Origin: a virus
Virus record (IMG/VR): IMGVR_UViG_3300031673_009915
Reading direction: 5' to 3' (one strand)
DNA: 64,000 nucleotides
The position numbers and the translations under genes are program-made. Position 1 is the first letter of the stretch. Every line of letters starts with the position of its first letter. Of this stretch, positions 26,992 through 36,035 are shown one piece after another. The notes beneath the pieces were generated by a model. It searched no databases. It saw only the letters and a list, made by a program, of their open reading frames with translations, and was not told where the DNA came from.

Positions 26992-28470
26992 TTATCTCCT
27001 CCACAATGCTTCCGATGAATCATAAAATAATCCAGAATGTTCTAAACATCCAGTTAATGCATCAGGAGCATCATCATGTTTATTTGCTTTAAAATTCTTT
27101 TTAAATTTTAATAAATCCCGGGCAAATTCAACCCATCGCCCTGTCCAATTCATTGGAAAATAAACTATTCTTTGTAACTCTGAAGCATTAGTTAATATCC
27201 TACTTTCCTTATTTGTATTCTGAAAATAAGGAATAATTGTATGTTTAAAACCAGATAAGCGATCTACATTTCTTCCAAATGCCCTTCCACCACTATTACT
27301 TTCAATAACCGCTTCTCCTGTTCTATTTTTATTAAACATAGTAGCTACTTTTTGTTCTGTTATAGTATTATCTTCCTGTGTATATATAATATCAGTGATA
27401 TATATACAATTATCTTCACATATATTATAACAAATAGAACATAAATAATCTTTTCCTGTATCAGCCACATCTGTATAATTATTTCTTGACAAAATATTTG
27501 GCATCTTTACATAAATATTAAATCCTACATAAAGTAATCCTTTTTTCGGAATAGGGTCTCCTTGATAAAGACTTTCAAATTTTTCTGAATCTAATACTCT
27601 GTCTATTTTCAATTTTTCTAAACTGTGTCTATTTGACCATAACGGAACATTTAAATCTCTTAAATCAAATTCATTTTTTTTGCATTCAGAAGTAGCTATA
27701 GCAGGGAAATTGATTTTATACCATATATCCGAATTAAGATTTTCTAATTGTTCTTTTTTACATAATATTTCAACATTCTCTTTTTTTTCTATATATCCAA
27801 TCAAATCTTCTTCATGCCATCTCGTAAACACAATCAATTCTTGACTTTGATTGTGTAATCTTGTTCTTACAACGGAAATATACCAATCAATCACAGATTC
27901 TCGAATAACAGGAGAATTACCTTCTGCATAATCTTTGTATAAATCATCCATAATCATCACATCAACTAAATTACCTGTCAAAGCACCACCTCGTCCTACT
28001 GCTCTAAGAATTCCTTTATGATTAACTATTTCAAATTCATCTTTTGTACGAGCATATTTATTATATGATTTTTCTGTAAATTTTGTTTTTGAAATGGTTG
28101 TTTTAGGAAAAAGATTATTATAACCTTGTTCAGCTATAATTCTTTGAATCTGTGTACTAAATTTTCTAGCAAATGTTGTGGAATAACTAGATACTGTTAT
28201 TGCAAGATCGGGATTTATTCCGAGCATAAATGCAGGTAATCGTCTAGAAGATTGATCGCTCTTACCATGCTGAGGAGGCATCGTAATAATCAATTTTTTA
28301 ATTTTTCCCTCAGCAAAATAATTTAAAATATTAGAATAATTGATGTGAATAAATGTGTCTTGATACGCTGGCATCATGTATTTTGTAAAATTCAAAAAGT
28401 GATTTCTTGCCAAAATTCTTCTTTGAATTTCTGTTTTAATTTTATTTTGAAATACTGGAATTGTTCCCAT
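26992..28470 (-). CDS. terL: terminase large subunit
   Basis: 492 aa. Walker A-like PPQHGKS, Walker B-like VDVMIMDDLY, and a C-terminal nuclease-like region. Canonical position upstream of the portal gene. Confidence 0.85.
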   Translation of the reverse strand: MGTIPVFQNKIKTEIQRRILARNHFLNFTKYMMPAYQDTFIHINYSNILNYFAEGKIKKLIITMPPQHGKSDQSSRRLPAFMLGINPDLAITVSSYSTTFARKFSTQIQRIIAEQGYNNLFPKTTISKTKFTEKSYNKYARTKDEFEIVNHKGILRAVGRGGALTGNLVDVMIMDDLYKDYAEGNSPVIRESVIDWYISVVRTRLHNQSQELIVFTRWHEEDLIGYIEKKENVEILCKKEQLENLNSDIWYKINFPAIATSECKKNEFDLRDLNVPLWSNRHSLEKLKIDRVLDSEKFESLYQGDPIPKKGLLYVGFNIYVKMPNILSRNNYTDVADTGKDYLCSICYNICEDNCIYITDIIYTQEDNTITEQKVATMFNKNRTGEAVIESNSGGRAFGRNVDRLSGFKHTIIPYFQNTNKESRILTNASELQRIVYFPMNWTGRWVEFARDLLKFKKNFKANKHDDAPDALTGCLEHSGLFYDSSEALWRR

Positions 28471-28520
28471 ATTTTTATAATCACTTAAGAAATTTTATCA
28501 ATAATAAATAAATTATTTCT

Positions 28521-28739
28521 TTAATTTTCAATTTCATAATCTGCACAATCATTGTATTTATTTTTATCGTTACAAAATATTTTAACAGATTCAACCCCTT
28601 TCCAACCCCCAACAACAATAGGATTTTTATCACACTCAGTGTGATTTCTTCCGTCACTATAATTCAATACACGTCCCATATGCACACATTTTTTACAAAA
28701 TTTTTTAGATATTTTTTTTGTCAATATTTCATCAGTCAT
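28521..28739 (-). CDS. small Cys-rich protein
   Basis: 72 aa with CKKC...C...C...C spacing. Located between TerS and TerL. Confidence 0.5.
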   Translation of the reverse strand: MTDEILTKKISKKFCKKCVHMGRVLNYSDGRNHTECDKNPIVVGGWKGVESVKIFCNDKNKYNDCADYEIEN

Positions 28740-29499
28740 TTTTTTTATCCTCCAATTCTTTATATTTTTCTATAAGTTCTTTGTCACTTAATTTAAAAAC
28801 ATCTATTCCAATTTCTTTATTATTATCATCTATTGTTTTATGAATAAGGGTTAATTTTTCAGGAGATAAAATATGTTCAGGAATCATTCTTAATAAATAC
28901 TTTCTTGCTTTATCTCTATCTACTAATTTTATAGATGTTACTTTTTTGTCTGCATTTTTTCCATAATATTTTGTTTCAATTCCTTCTATACAACATCTAT
29001 ATTTTTCAGGAATGTCTTTTAAACTTTTAATAAGTGGACGTCCCTCTACATCAATAAACATAGAGGGATCGTATGTGGCTTGTACGTGGAGTTGTTCAAC
29101 AATACTTTGAGGTAGATCAAATTTAAGATCACGGATTAAAGCTTCTTGTATCCTTCTGATAGCTTCCTGGATGTAGAGTTTTGCGTATATCTGACTACTG
29201 ATACTTACAACTTTACTTGACCAATTATATTTTTTCTTTTTTTCATGTTCTATCTTTGCATTTTCATCAAATTCTAATTTATCAAGTTTCTTATTATATT
29301 TACTAAAAAAAGCTCTTCTATAAGCATCACTTTTATTATTTCCATTATATACATAATACCAAGCAAAACCTCTCATTTTCAAAGTCAAAGGCCTTTCTCT
29401 TAATATTTTATCATTACCTCGCACATATATAATATCATCTAAATAAGGAGTGAGTGCTTTAATTTGGAATAATGTATAATCTATTTCTGAATAAGCCAT
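28732..29499 (-). CDS. terS: terminase small subunit (putative)
   Basis: 255 aa, first gene of the late operon. ..RGFAWYYVYNGNNKSDAYRRAFF.. resembles the HTH of Terminase_2-type small subunits. Confidence 0.55.
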   Translation of the reverse strand: MAYSEIDYTLFQIKALTPYLDDIIYVRGNDKILRERPLTLKMRGFAWYYVYNGNNKSDAYRRAFFSKYNKKLDKLEFDENAKIEHEKKKKYNWSSKVVSISSQIYAKLYIQEAIRRIQEALIRDLKFDLPQSIVEQLHVQATYDPSMFIDVEGRPLIKSLKDIPEKYRCCIEGIETKYYGKNADKKVTSIKLVDRDKARKYLLRMIPEHILSPEKLTLIHKTIDDNNKEIGIDVFKLSDKELIEKYKELEDKKND

Positions 29500-29500
29500 A

Positions 29501-29542
29501 TTTTATTATTTTAGTATGAAGTTTTGTACTAAAATAATAAAA
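29501..29542. repeat. perfect 16-bp A/T-rich palindrome abutting the terS start
   Basis: ttttattattttagta (29501-29516) pairs with tactaaaataataaaa (29527-29542), with a 10-nt loop. Confidence 0.8.
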
Positions 29543-29694
29543 TACACAAAAAAGTCAAGTACATTTTAAATTTTTATTTATTAAATCATTTAAACCATTC
29601 TTCTCTTGTTGCTTCTCTTATTTCTTTTATCTTACTCATAACTTATATATGTTTTAATAAAATTATTATATCTTCATTTTTAGTTTTCAAATAA

Positions 29695-29735
29695 TTATTT
29701 ATTATTTGAATTTTAATTTTATATCTAATATTCAT
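29695..29735. repeat. 41-nt direct repeat, copy 1
   Basis: ttatttattatttgaattttaattttatatctaatattcat is identical to 29840-29880. Confidence 0.9.
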
Positions 29736-29839
29736 TTAATTTATTATATTTTTTTAATCTAAATATATTTATTTCTGCTATTACTTTGACATGATCTTCA
29801 AATTTAATACATAATACTAATCCAATTTTATTTAATACC

Positions 29840-29880
29840 TTATTTATTATTTGAATTTTAATTTTATATCTAATATTCAT
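29840..29880. repeat. 41-nt direct repeat, copy 2
   Basis: Identical to 29695-29735. On the minus strand each copy begins a short ORF, MNIRYKIKIQIIN... Confidence 0.9.
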
Positions 29881-30188
29881 AATGCTTCTTTAATATTTTC
29901 ACGTAATGCAACACATTTACTGACTTCCATTGGTGGATATTGATCTTTATATAAAGCCCCACCTTTTGCAATCTCTCTATTAAGATTTATTTTTTTATCC
30001 TTTAGTAAAATTAACTGATATTCATCTATCCATACCCACTCATTAGGTCTTTCATCTTTTAATTTTTGTGATTGTATTCCATAAGTATTACAACCAGTCA
30101 GATAATCACTTCTACCTCTTATTATTCCCTTAAACCCAGTAATTTTATCTTTTACTTCACTGCCTAAATTAAATTTAAAATCTTTCAT
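29877..30188 (-). CDS. hypothetical protein with STAS-tail-like C-terminus
   Basis: 103 aa. The last 17 aa (MEVSKCVALRENIKEAL) and 50 nt (29881-29930) nearly match the 3' end of the STAS gene (18954-19003). Confidence 0.5.
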   Translation of the reverse strand: MKDFKFNLGSEVKDKITGFKGIIRGRSDYLTGCNTYGIQSQKLKDERPNEWVWIDEYQLILLKDKKINLNREIAKGGALYKDQYPPMEVSKCVALRENIKEAL

Positions 30189-30205
30189 ATTATTTCTCCC
30201 ATCAT

Positions 30206-30610
30206 TTAGTTTAACAATCTATCCATTTTATCATTTCTTTTTTCTAACCGTCTTATTAAATTATTCATCAGATCATTTTTTTCTTCTACTTTTTGAATCG
30301 ATTCAAGTACAGGAGAAAATACAAGTTTAACCAAATCTCTAAATTCTTCATATTCTTTTTTGAGAATATAAGCATCTTCTTTATATATCCTCCATGCTTT
30401 TAAATCTTTTTTATGTTGATTTTCTATCTGTTGAATTTTAATATTCTTTTTATTTATAATATCCTCATATCTTAAAGATATGTCAATTATTTCTTTATTT
30501 TTTTCAATATCACATTTCTTTCTTTCTTTTATTTTTCCAACTAATTCAGATTGTTGTAATTTTCTTTGAATATTTTTTGCTTTTATAAAAAAACTTTTTA
30601 TTAAATACAT
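30206..30610 (-). CDS. hypothetical coiled-coil protein
   Basis: 134-aa K/E-rich ORF. Confidence 0.5.
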   Translation of the reverse strand: MYLIKSFFIKAKNIQRKLQQSELVGKIKERKKCDIEKNKEIIDISLRYEDIINKKNIKIQQIENQHKKDLKAWRIYKEDAYILKKEYEEFRDLVKLVFSPVLESIQKVEEKNDLMNNLIRRLEKRNDKMDRLLN

Positions 30611-30677
30611 AATTATTCCCCATCTTTCTCATAATTAACTAAAAATCTTGTTTTCCACTGTTTTAGTTTTTCAGTAA

Positions 30678-30932
30678 TTATATATCTTGTGTTATTTCGT
30701 AATTTTCTTCTTGTATATAATATAATATATGGTTAATACCATCTTTAAAAAAAAGAATATCCTCTTTATTATTATGTTCTTTTGCATATTGTAACGCATA
30801 TCTAACCGCAGATAATTTTCTTCTCAATTGTGTCATATTAAAATGATTTGTACGAAATTCTATTGACTTATATAATTCTGATCCATGATAAGTATCACAT
30901 AGAAATTTATTCATCGATTTATTCCTACTCAT
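30678..30932 (-). CDS. hypothetical protein
   Basis: 84-aa ORF in the early block. Confidence 0.45.
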   Translation of the reverse strand: MSRNKSMNKFLCDTYHGSELYKSIEFRTNHFNMTQLRRKLSAVRYALQYAKEHNNKEDILFFKDGINHILYYIQEENYEITQDI

Positions 30933-31059
30933 TATTCATTTTCCCAATTTTTCATTTCTAACTTTATAAAAATCTCAAACTTCATAATATTTATACCTCC
31001 TTTTTATTTATATTTATCGAGTAAATCAATCATTTTCAATTTACTTTCATCAGCCATTT

Positions 31060-31788
31060 TTATAAACTTTTCATCAATGTATAATATTCTTCTGCTTCTT
31101 TTTTCGTTTCAAATACAGCTCTATAAAAAATGTAATTTTTATGTTTACTCATTGCTTGATTTTTATTTTCTTCTTTAATAGCATAAATTAAAAAATAATC
31201 ACCTTCAAAATATTTCCATTCCACTATATATTTTATATGCTTCTTTTCCATTTCCAATTTATCTATATAATTTAAAAATTTAACATACCATACATTTTTA
31301 ATTACATCTTCTGTGATTAACTTTTTTAAATCATTTTCATTCTCAATTTTTCTCCACCACGAACTGCATCCATATAAAATATCATTTAGTTCTGGAACAA
31401 ATATAGCAGGATTATAAAATGTTCTTTTTGCAATTACTATATTATCTTTATCAATAGAATGTGAAATGCTTAATGCCATATCACCAAGCAAAATTCCAAA
31501 ATATGTTTTATCGCCATGTTCTTTTTTACAAGATCGTACTTGTACAGGAGTTCCACATTTTTGTGTTTTAATTGGATCAGAATGTTCATATTTTAATTCT
31601 TTATAATTATTAAAAGATAATTTCCAGTTTATTTCTTCAAAAATAGAAAATAATTTTTTAATAAAATCAACTTGCTTTTTAGTTAATTTTGCTTCTTCTG
31701 TTTTATAATCAATATGTATTATAGAATCAATCCATTTCATTCCTTTTCTTATTTCATCAAGTTTTTTTTGTAATTCTTCATTGTCCAT
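31060..31788 (-). CDS. hypothetical protein
   Basis: 242-aa ORF with no motif I recognise. Confidence 0.55.
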   Translation of the reverse strand: MDNEELQKKLDEIRKGMKWIDSIIHIDYKTEEAKLTKKQVDFIKKLFSIFEEINWKLSFNNYKELKYEHSDPIKTQKCGTPVQVRSCKKEHGDKTYFGILLGDMALSISHSIDKDNIVIAKRTFYNPAIFVPELNDILYGCSSWWRKIENENDLKKLITEDVIKNVWYVKFLNYIDKLEMEKKHIKYIVEWKYFEGDYFLIYAIKEENKNQAMSKHKNYIFYRAVFETKKEAEEYYTLMKSL

Positions 31789-31793
31789 TTTCT

Positions 31794-32141
31794 TTATTCC
31801 TCTTCATACATTGAAATACTATTATATAAATCTTTCAATTCTTTGATTCTTAATTCTCTATATAATCCATCATATTCATGCTTATCACAAAATTCAGAAC
31901 TGCCTGTTGGCTCTAATAATATTTTACAAATTTCTTGACTATAATCACCACAATCTAATACATTTCTATGTAGACAATTACCACAACACAATAAATCATT
32001 CATTTCAACAATTTTATCAATTTCTGTTGATGTTGTATCATACCAATAAATACACCAGCAATAACCCCGTCTTTCTTTACAAAAATAACACTCAGCTTCC
32101 AGCAAAACATCTTTATTAAATTTTTTACAATGTCCTATCAT
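31794..32141 (-). CDS. Cys-rich hypothetical protein
   Basis: 115 aa with more than 12 Cys, including CYFC, CWC, CCGNC and C..C motifs. Confidence 0.5.
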   Translation of the reverse strand: MIGHCKKFNKDVLLEAECYFCKERRGYCWCIYWYDTTSTEIDKIVEMNDLLCCGNCLHRNVLDCGDYSQEICKILLEPTGSSEFCDKHEYDGLYRELRIKELKDLYNSISMYEEE

Positions 32142-32368
32142 TTATTAGTCCCTATAAATTAAAATACTGGCATAATCATATTTTATAGCTTAAAAATTAT
32201 TCTTAACATTGTTAGATTTAGTTAATTTCTTATTTGTATTTTGTATTTTGTAATTTTATTTATTATTTTTCTTATTTTAATAAATTTTTCTTTAAATTTC
32301 TTGTCTTTTAATTTTTTAGTCATAAATTTTTTATGGTCAATCATAGCTGTTCTTCTTTAAATAATTCT

Positions 32369-33124
32369 CTATGTAATATGAAAAACAGTATCCATCACTA
32401 TATTTTTATTTAATAAATAATACCAGTATTCATATCCTTTCGCATTTAAATGTACTGGTAATTTATCTTTTGATCTCGCATACCAAGGAATTTCATCCAT
32501 ATTTAAATAGTGCATATTCATAGCATCATTAAAAATAATAGTTTTATTCTTTGTCCGAACAACTTGTTGCGAAACACAATTAAAAGAATCAAATAAATCT
32601 ATGAAAAAACAATCATTGATTTCACATAATATTTTCAATTGTCTATTAAATTCTCTTACATCATTATTATTTGCTTTACCATGAATAAGAATTGGTAAAC
32701 AACAATGAAAATAAATAATAGTAAAAGGACAGTATTTTCTTATTGCAAAAATCATTTTTTGCAAGTCTCCTATAATACTTTGAAAACTCTGACCACTACC
32801 CACATCATTTCCTCCTACACCAATCAAAAGATATTGAGGATTTATTTCAATTATTTGCTGGATACAAACTCTTTTACTCCATTCTCGTGCCCGTGTTCCT
32901 CCAATAGCTCTATTATCAATATTTCTTCTTTTTGATATATTAAGATTATTCCAATGACCCCCGGCAATCCTACTATCTCCTACCCATAAAAATAATTTTT
33001 TTTGAATAAATCTAGTTGGAAATATGTATCGATGTCTTTCTAAAGCATGTTTCCGAAATAGACAATTAAAAATTCCATACCCTATTTTTTTTGAAATTTG
33101 TTTTATAATTTCTTTTTTATTCAT
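32369..33124 (-). CDS. SGNH/GDSL-family hydrolase
   Basis: Block I LWVGDSRIAGG, block II AIGGTRA, block III GVGGNDVG, block V ..LPVHLNAKGY. Confidence 0.65.
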   Translation of the reverse strand: MNKKEIIKQISKKIGYGIFNCLFRKHALERHRYIFPTRFIQKKLFLWVGDSRIAGGHWNNLNISKRRNIDNRAIGGTRAREWSKRVCIQQIIEINPQYLLIGVGGNDVGSGQSFQSIIGDLQKMIFAIRKYCPFTIIYFHCCLPILIHGKANNNDVREFNRQLKILCEINDCFFIDLFDSFNCVSQQVVRTKNKTIIFNDAMNMHYLNMDEIPWYARSKDKLPVHLNAKGYEYWYYLLNKNIVMDTVFHIT

Positions 33125-33335
33125 ATTTCTCTCCTTGTTTAATCAATAAATCTAAAAAATTTTTTGCTGCTTGATTAGACAATTCAGGTGCTCTTAAAAA
33201 CCAACAATTTTCCTTGTCTAATATATCTTGAAATGGAATAGCTATATTAGATTGCCATGCATAATAATAATCTTTATCTTCTTTTAATTTTTTAGTTATT
33301 ATATAAAATGCTTCTTTTAATTTTTCATTTTTCAT
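33117..33335 (-). CDS. hypothetical protein
   Basis: 72-aa ORF overlapping the SGNH gene start. Confidence 0.45.
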   Translation of the reverse strand: MKNEKLKEAFYIITKKLKEDKDYYYAWQSNIAIPFQDILDKENCWFLRAPELSNQAAKNFLDLLIKQGEKYE

Positions 33336-33346
33336 TATAATTTTCT

Positions 33347-33598
33347 TCAGTTTAATTTATTTTTAATTTTTTTTGTATCTATCATTTTCCCTTTTTCTGT
33401 ATTATTATAAACAGATTGAATTATATTATCACTTCTATTAAAATTTGATCCAAGACACAAAGGACATCTTTTTTTATAAACAGGAATAAATAATAAAGAA
33501 ATACCACTTGTTATAAGAGCAAGCAGAAAAGTACCTACTCCAATCACTCTCTTCGTGTTAACCATTTGTTTACAATTATTACAAAATTTAGTACTCAT
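33347..33598 (-). CDS. zinc-ribbon membrane protein (LITAF-like topology)
   Basis: CNNC, then a TM helix (VIGVGTFLLALITSGISLLFIPV), then CPLC. Confidence 0.5.
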   Translation of the reverse strand: MSTKFCNNCKQMVNTKRVIGVGTFLLALITSGISLLFIPVYKKRCPLCLGSNFNRSDNIIQSVYNNTEKGKMIDTKKIKNKLN

Positions 33599-33864
33599 AA
33601 AGACCTCCTTAAAAAATTAGTTTGTTTATCCCATATCCATTTTGAACATACACCTTTAAAATCATATAATTCATATTCCACACATTTACATACAAATACA
33701 TCAAATTTGTCAAATTTGTCAAAAAGTTTTTCTTGTCCTTCTTTATATTCTTTAATTTCTTTAATTTCTTCTATCAAATCTTTTAAATCTACATTTATAT
33801 CAAAATAGAAACAATTACCGCAACATTTTAAATCATCTTTCTTAAAATCTTCATCATTTCCCAT
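33595..33864 (-). CDS. Cys-rich hypothetical protein
   Basis: 89 aa with CCGNC .. CKC .. C motifs. Confidence 0.45.
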   Translation of the reverse strand: MGNDEDFKKDDLKCCGNCFYFDINVDLKDLIEEIKEIKEYKEGQEKLFDKFDKFDVFVCKCVEYELYDFKGVCSKWIWDKQTNFLRRSL

Positions 33865-33865
33865 T

Positions 33866-34900
33866 TTATTTTCTCCTTACAAATATAACAACTGCAAAAG
33901 AAAGAGGAGCTAAAATATCTATAAAAATAGCCGGAAAAATACTCAACCAAAATTGAATTTTATTAGGCCCCCATTTCCATATTTCACCTACCCACACATA
34001 AAAATCAGGAACAGATTTATTAACAACTTTTCTCATTTCTTTCTTTTCACGTAATTTTTTTAATAAAGAAATAAGCGTTTTCATTTCTCCAAGTGCTTTA
34101 TTTTTTCTCCATTCAATTGTTCTATAAATTGTTTTATTCTGTTCTATTTTTTCTTCTGTATCAAATTTCAAAAATAAATTTTGATATGTGGTATATTCTT
34201 CTTTCAATATCTTTAAACTATCTTGTAATTCTTTTTTCTGTTCAACATATTCTAAATATTCTCTATTTGAAGATTCTATATTCTTTTGTGATTCATATCT
34301 TTTATTGATTATACCCATTCGTGAATTATATTGACCAGCTATTGTACTTGTCATCGAAAAAAATGTAATAATAATCCACATCAATCCAAATATTCCCACT
34401 AAAAAATATTTTTTTAATTGATGAAAAAAAACAATAAATTCAAAACTAATCGTCGCAAAACAAACAAGAATCAATGAAAGTAATAATGCTTTTTCAAAAG
34501 ATAAAAAATCAAGTAACCAAATATAACTATAATAAATAGACATATACACCGCTCCAATTCCTATAATCAACAAAACATATCTTAATATATCAATCCATTT
34601 ATTATTTACTTCAAATTTTGAAGGATAAGAATGGTCTTCTTTATACTCTTTTTTTTCTTTTATAAAAAATGTTTCAGTAAAATCTTCTTTATTTTTATTT
34701 TTCAAAAATAAATTTTTCCCTTTTTTAACTAAAAAATTTTCTGTCACTAATTCATCTATAATATTTTGAATCTCTTCTATTGAAATATCTGTTTTCATTC
34801 TCATTTTTTTCTGCACCCATTCCATTCCAGGAACATGCGATTTCTTTTCATAATAAAAATTTATTATTTTTTTCAAATAATCTTTTTTATTCATTTTCAT
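33866..34900 (-). CDS. multi-TM protein with N-terminal winged-helix-like domain and coiled coil
   Basis: 344 aa. N-terminal ..ISIEEIQNIIDELVTENFLVKKGKNLFL.., about 4 central TM helices, a coiled coil, and a C-terminal TM helix. Confidence 0.55.
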   Translation of the reverse strand: MKMNKKDYLKKIINFYYEKKSHVPGMEWVQKKMRMKTDISIEEIQNIIDELVTENFLVKKGKNLFLKNKNKEDFTETFFIKEKKEYKEDHSYPSKFEVNNKWIDILRYVLLIIGIGAVYMSIYYSYIWLLDFLSFEKALLLSLILVCFATISFEFIVFFHQLKKYFLVGIFGLMWIIITFFSMTSTIAGQYNSRMGIINKRYESQKNIESSNREYLEYVEQKKELQDSLKILKEEYTTYQNLFLKFDTEEKIEQNKTIYRTIEWRKNKALGEMKTLISLLKKLREKKEMRKVVNKSVPDFYVWVGEIWKWGPNKIQFWLSIFPAIFIDILAPLSFAVVIFVRRK

Positions 34901-35097
34901 TTAAACCTCTTTGAAAGTTCCGCAATCATAACAATTCTTAATTCTTCTTTTTCAGCAATATCCTGACAACACTCATATACTTTATCTATATTTTCTTTTT
35001 CCATTTCTATATGTTTACAAGATTTACAAGCAGAATCATCGGTCTTTTTTTTAAAAAAAATTCTATATCTGAACATAATGACATTCTCCTTATTCAT
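34897..35097 (-). CDS. small Cys-containing protein (start probably at 35076, preceded by AAGGAG)
   Basis: ORF-track ORF of 66 aa. The internal start MFRYRIFF.. has a good RBS. Confidence 0.45.
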   Translation of the reverse strand: MNKENVIMFRYRIFFKKKTDDSACKSCKHIEMEKENIDKVYECCQDIAEKEELRIVMIAELSKRFK

Positions 35098-35111
35098 ATA
35101 TAATATATACT

Positions 35112-35140
35112 TTTATATTTAATATACTAAATAATGTCAA
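35112..35140 (-). promoter_or_regulatory. sigma70-type promoter (minus strand)
   Basis: Reverse-complement TTGACATTAT at 35131-35140, then a 17-nt spacer and -10 TATAAA (35112-35117). Confidence 0.45.
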
Positions 35141-35167
35141 ACAAAAAAATAAAAATAAAATTATTTT

Positions 35168-35806
35168 TTATCCCTTCTCTATTTCTACAATACTTTTATT
35201 TTTTATTTTTCGAATCCTAAATATTTTATCAGCACTTTCCTCAAGTGTATCAGAATGCGTGATTATTATAAATTGAATTTTCAATTTCTTAGATAATAAT
35301 TTTAAAATTTTACTTGCTTTTATTTGCATTTCTTTTGAAAGATGTTTAAAAGGTTCATCTAATATAATTATATTTCTTTTTTTAGATAATTTCCAGCAAG
35401 CTACTCGTAAAGCAAAAGAAGCAACATCCACAGCTCCTCCTCCAGTATCCTCCATAGGATTATACTCAAATTCTTCTTTTTTAAATTTTAAAAAGGCTTC
35501 TGATTTTCCTCTTTTAATTGCAAATTCACAAAGAAATTCATATGGATTTTCAAAGACAGCAGATAATGCAAGAGAAACAATCTCTGAAATTTTCCATTGC
35601 AATTCTTCTTGAGTTTTCTGCGCAACATGTCTTATAATAATTTTAGCTTCTTCTGTGTGAAAAAGATTTTTTTCTAATTTTTTCAAATATAAAATTTTTC
35701 TTTTTTGATCTTCTATTAAAAGATTTTCTTCTATAGAATATTGATTTAATTTTTCTTTAATTTTATCGTATTGATTTTTATAGATTAAATTCTCTTTTGA
35801 ATTCAT
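35168..35806 (-). CDS. Rad50/SbcC/T4 gp46-like ATPase, C-terminal lobe
   Basis: Signature-like DTGGGAVDVAS, Walker B IIILDEPFKHLS, and H-loop IIITHSD, preceded by coiled coil. Confidence 0.7.
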   Translation of the reverse strand: MNSKENLIYKNQYDKIKEKLNQYSIEENLLIEDQKRKILYLKKLEKNLFHTEEAKIIIRHVAQKTQEELQWKISEIVSLALSAVFENPYEFLCEFAIKRGKSEAFLKFKKEEFEYNPMEDTGGGAVDVASFALRVACWKLSKKRNIIILDEPFKHLSKEMQIKASKILKLLSKKLKIQFIIITHSDTLEESADKIFRIRKIKNKSIVEIEKG

Positions 35807-36035
35807 TCATTTTTTCCTCAATATTTATTTTATTAAATTCTTGCTGTTTTATTTTCAATAAATCTTTTGCTTGTTGTATATCACAACAATTGTATTCATT
35901 TTTCAATTTTTCCAAAAGAGATTCTTTTTGTATTTTCGTTTTCATTTGAAATTCTTTTTTTTCTTTTAATATTTTCTGTAAAAAAACAATCTCTTTAATC
36001 TTATCTTCTTTCATATTATTTCTCCAAACATTCAA
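35778..36035 (-). CDS. coiled-coil protein, possibly the detached descending coiled coil of Rad50
   Basis: 85 aa, K/E-rich. It overlaps the C-lobe ORF by 29 nt in a different frame. Confidence 0.45.
   Translation of the reverse strand: MNVWRNNMKEDKIKEIVFLQKILKEKKEFQMKTKIQKESLLEKLKNEYNCCDIQQAKDLLKIKQQEFNKINIEEKMNEFKREFNL

Noticed and set aside
29501-29542. Interpreting the 16-bp palindrome before terS as an intrinsic terminator
   Set aside because: The stem is almost purely A/T and has no downstream U-tract on the transcribed strand. It runs directly into the terS start codon, so it is more likely an operator, a packaging element or a translational element.
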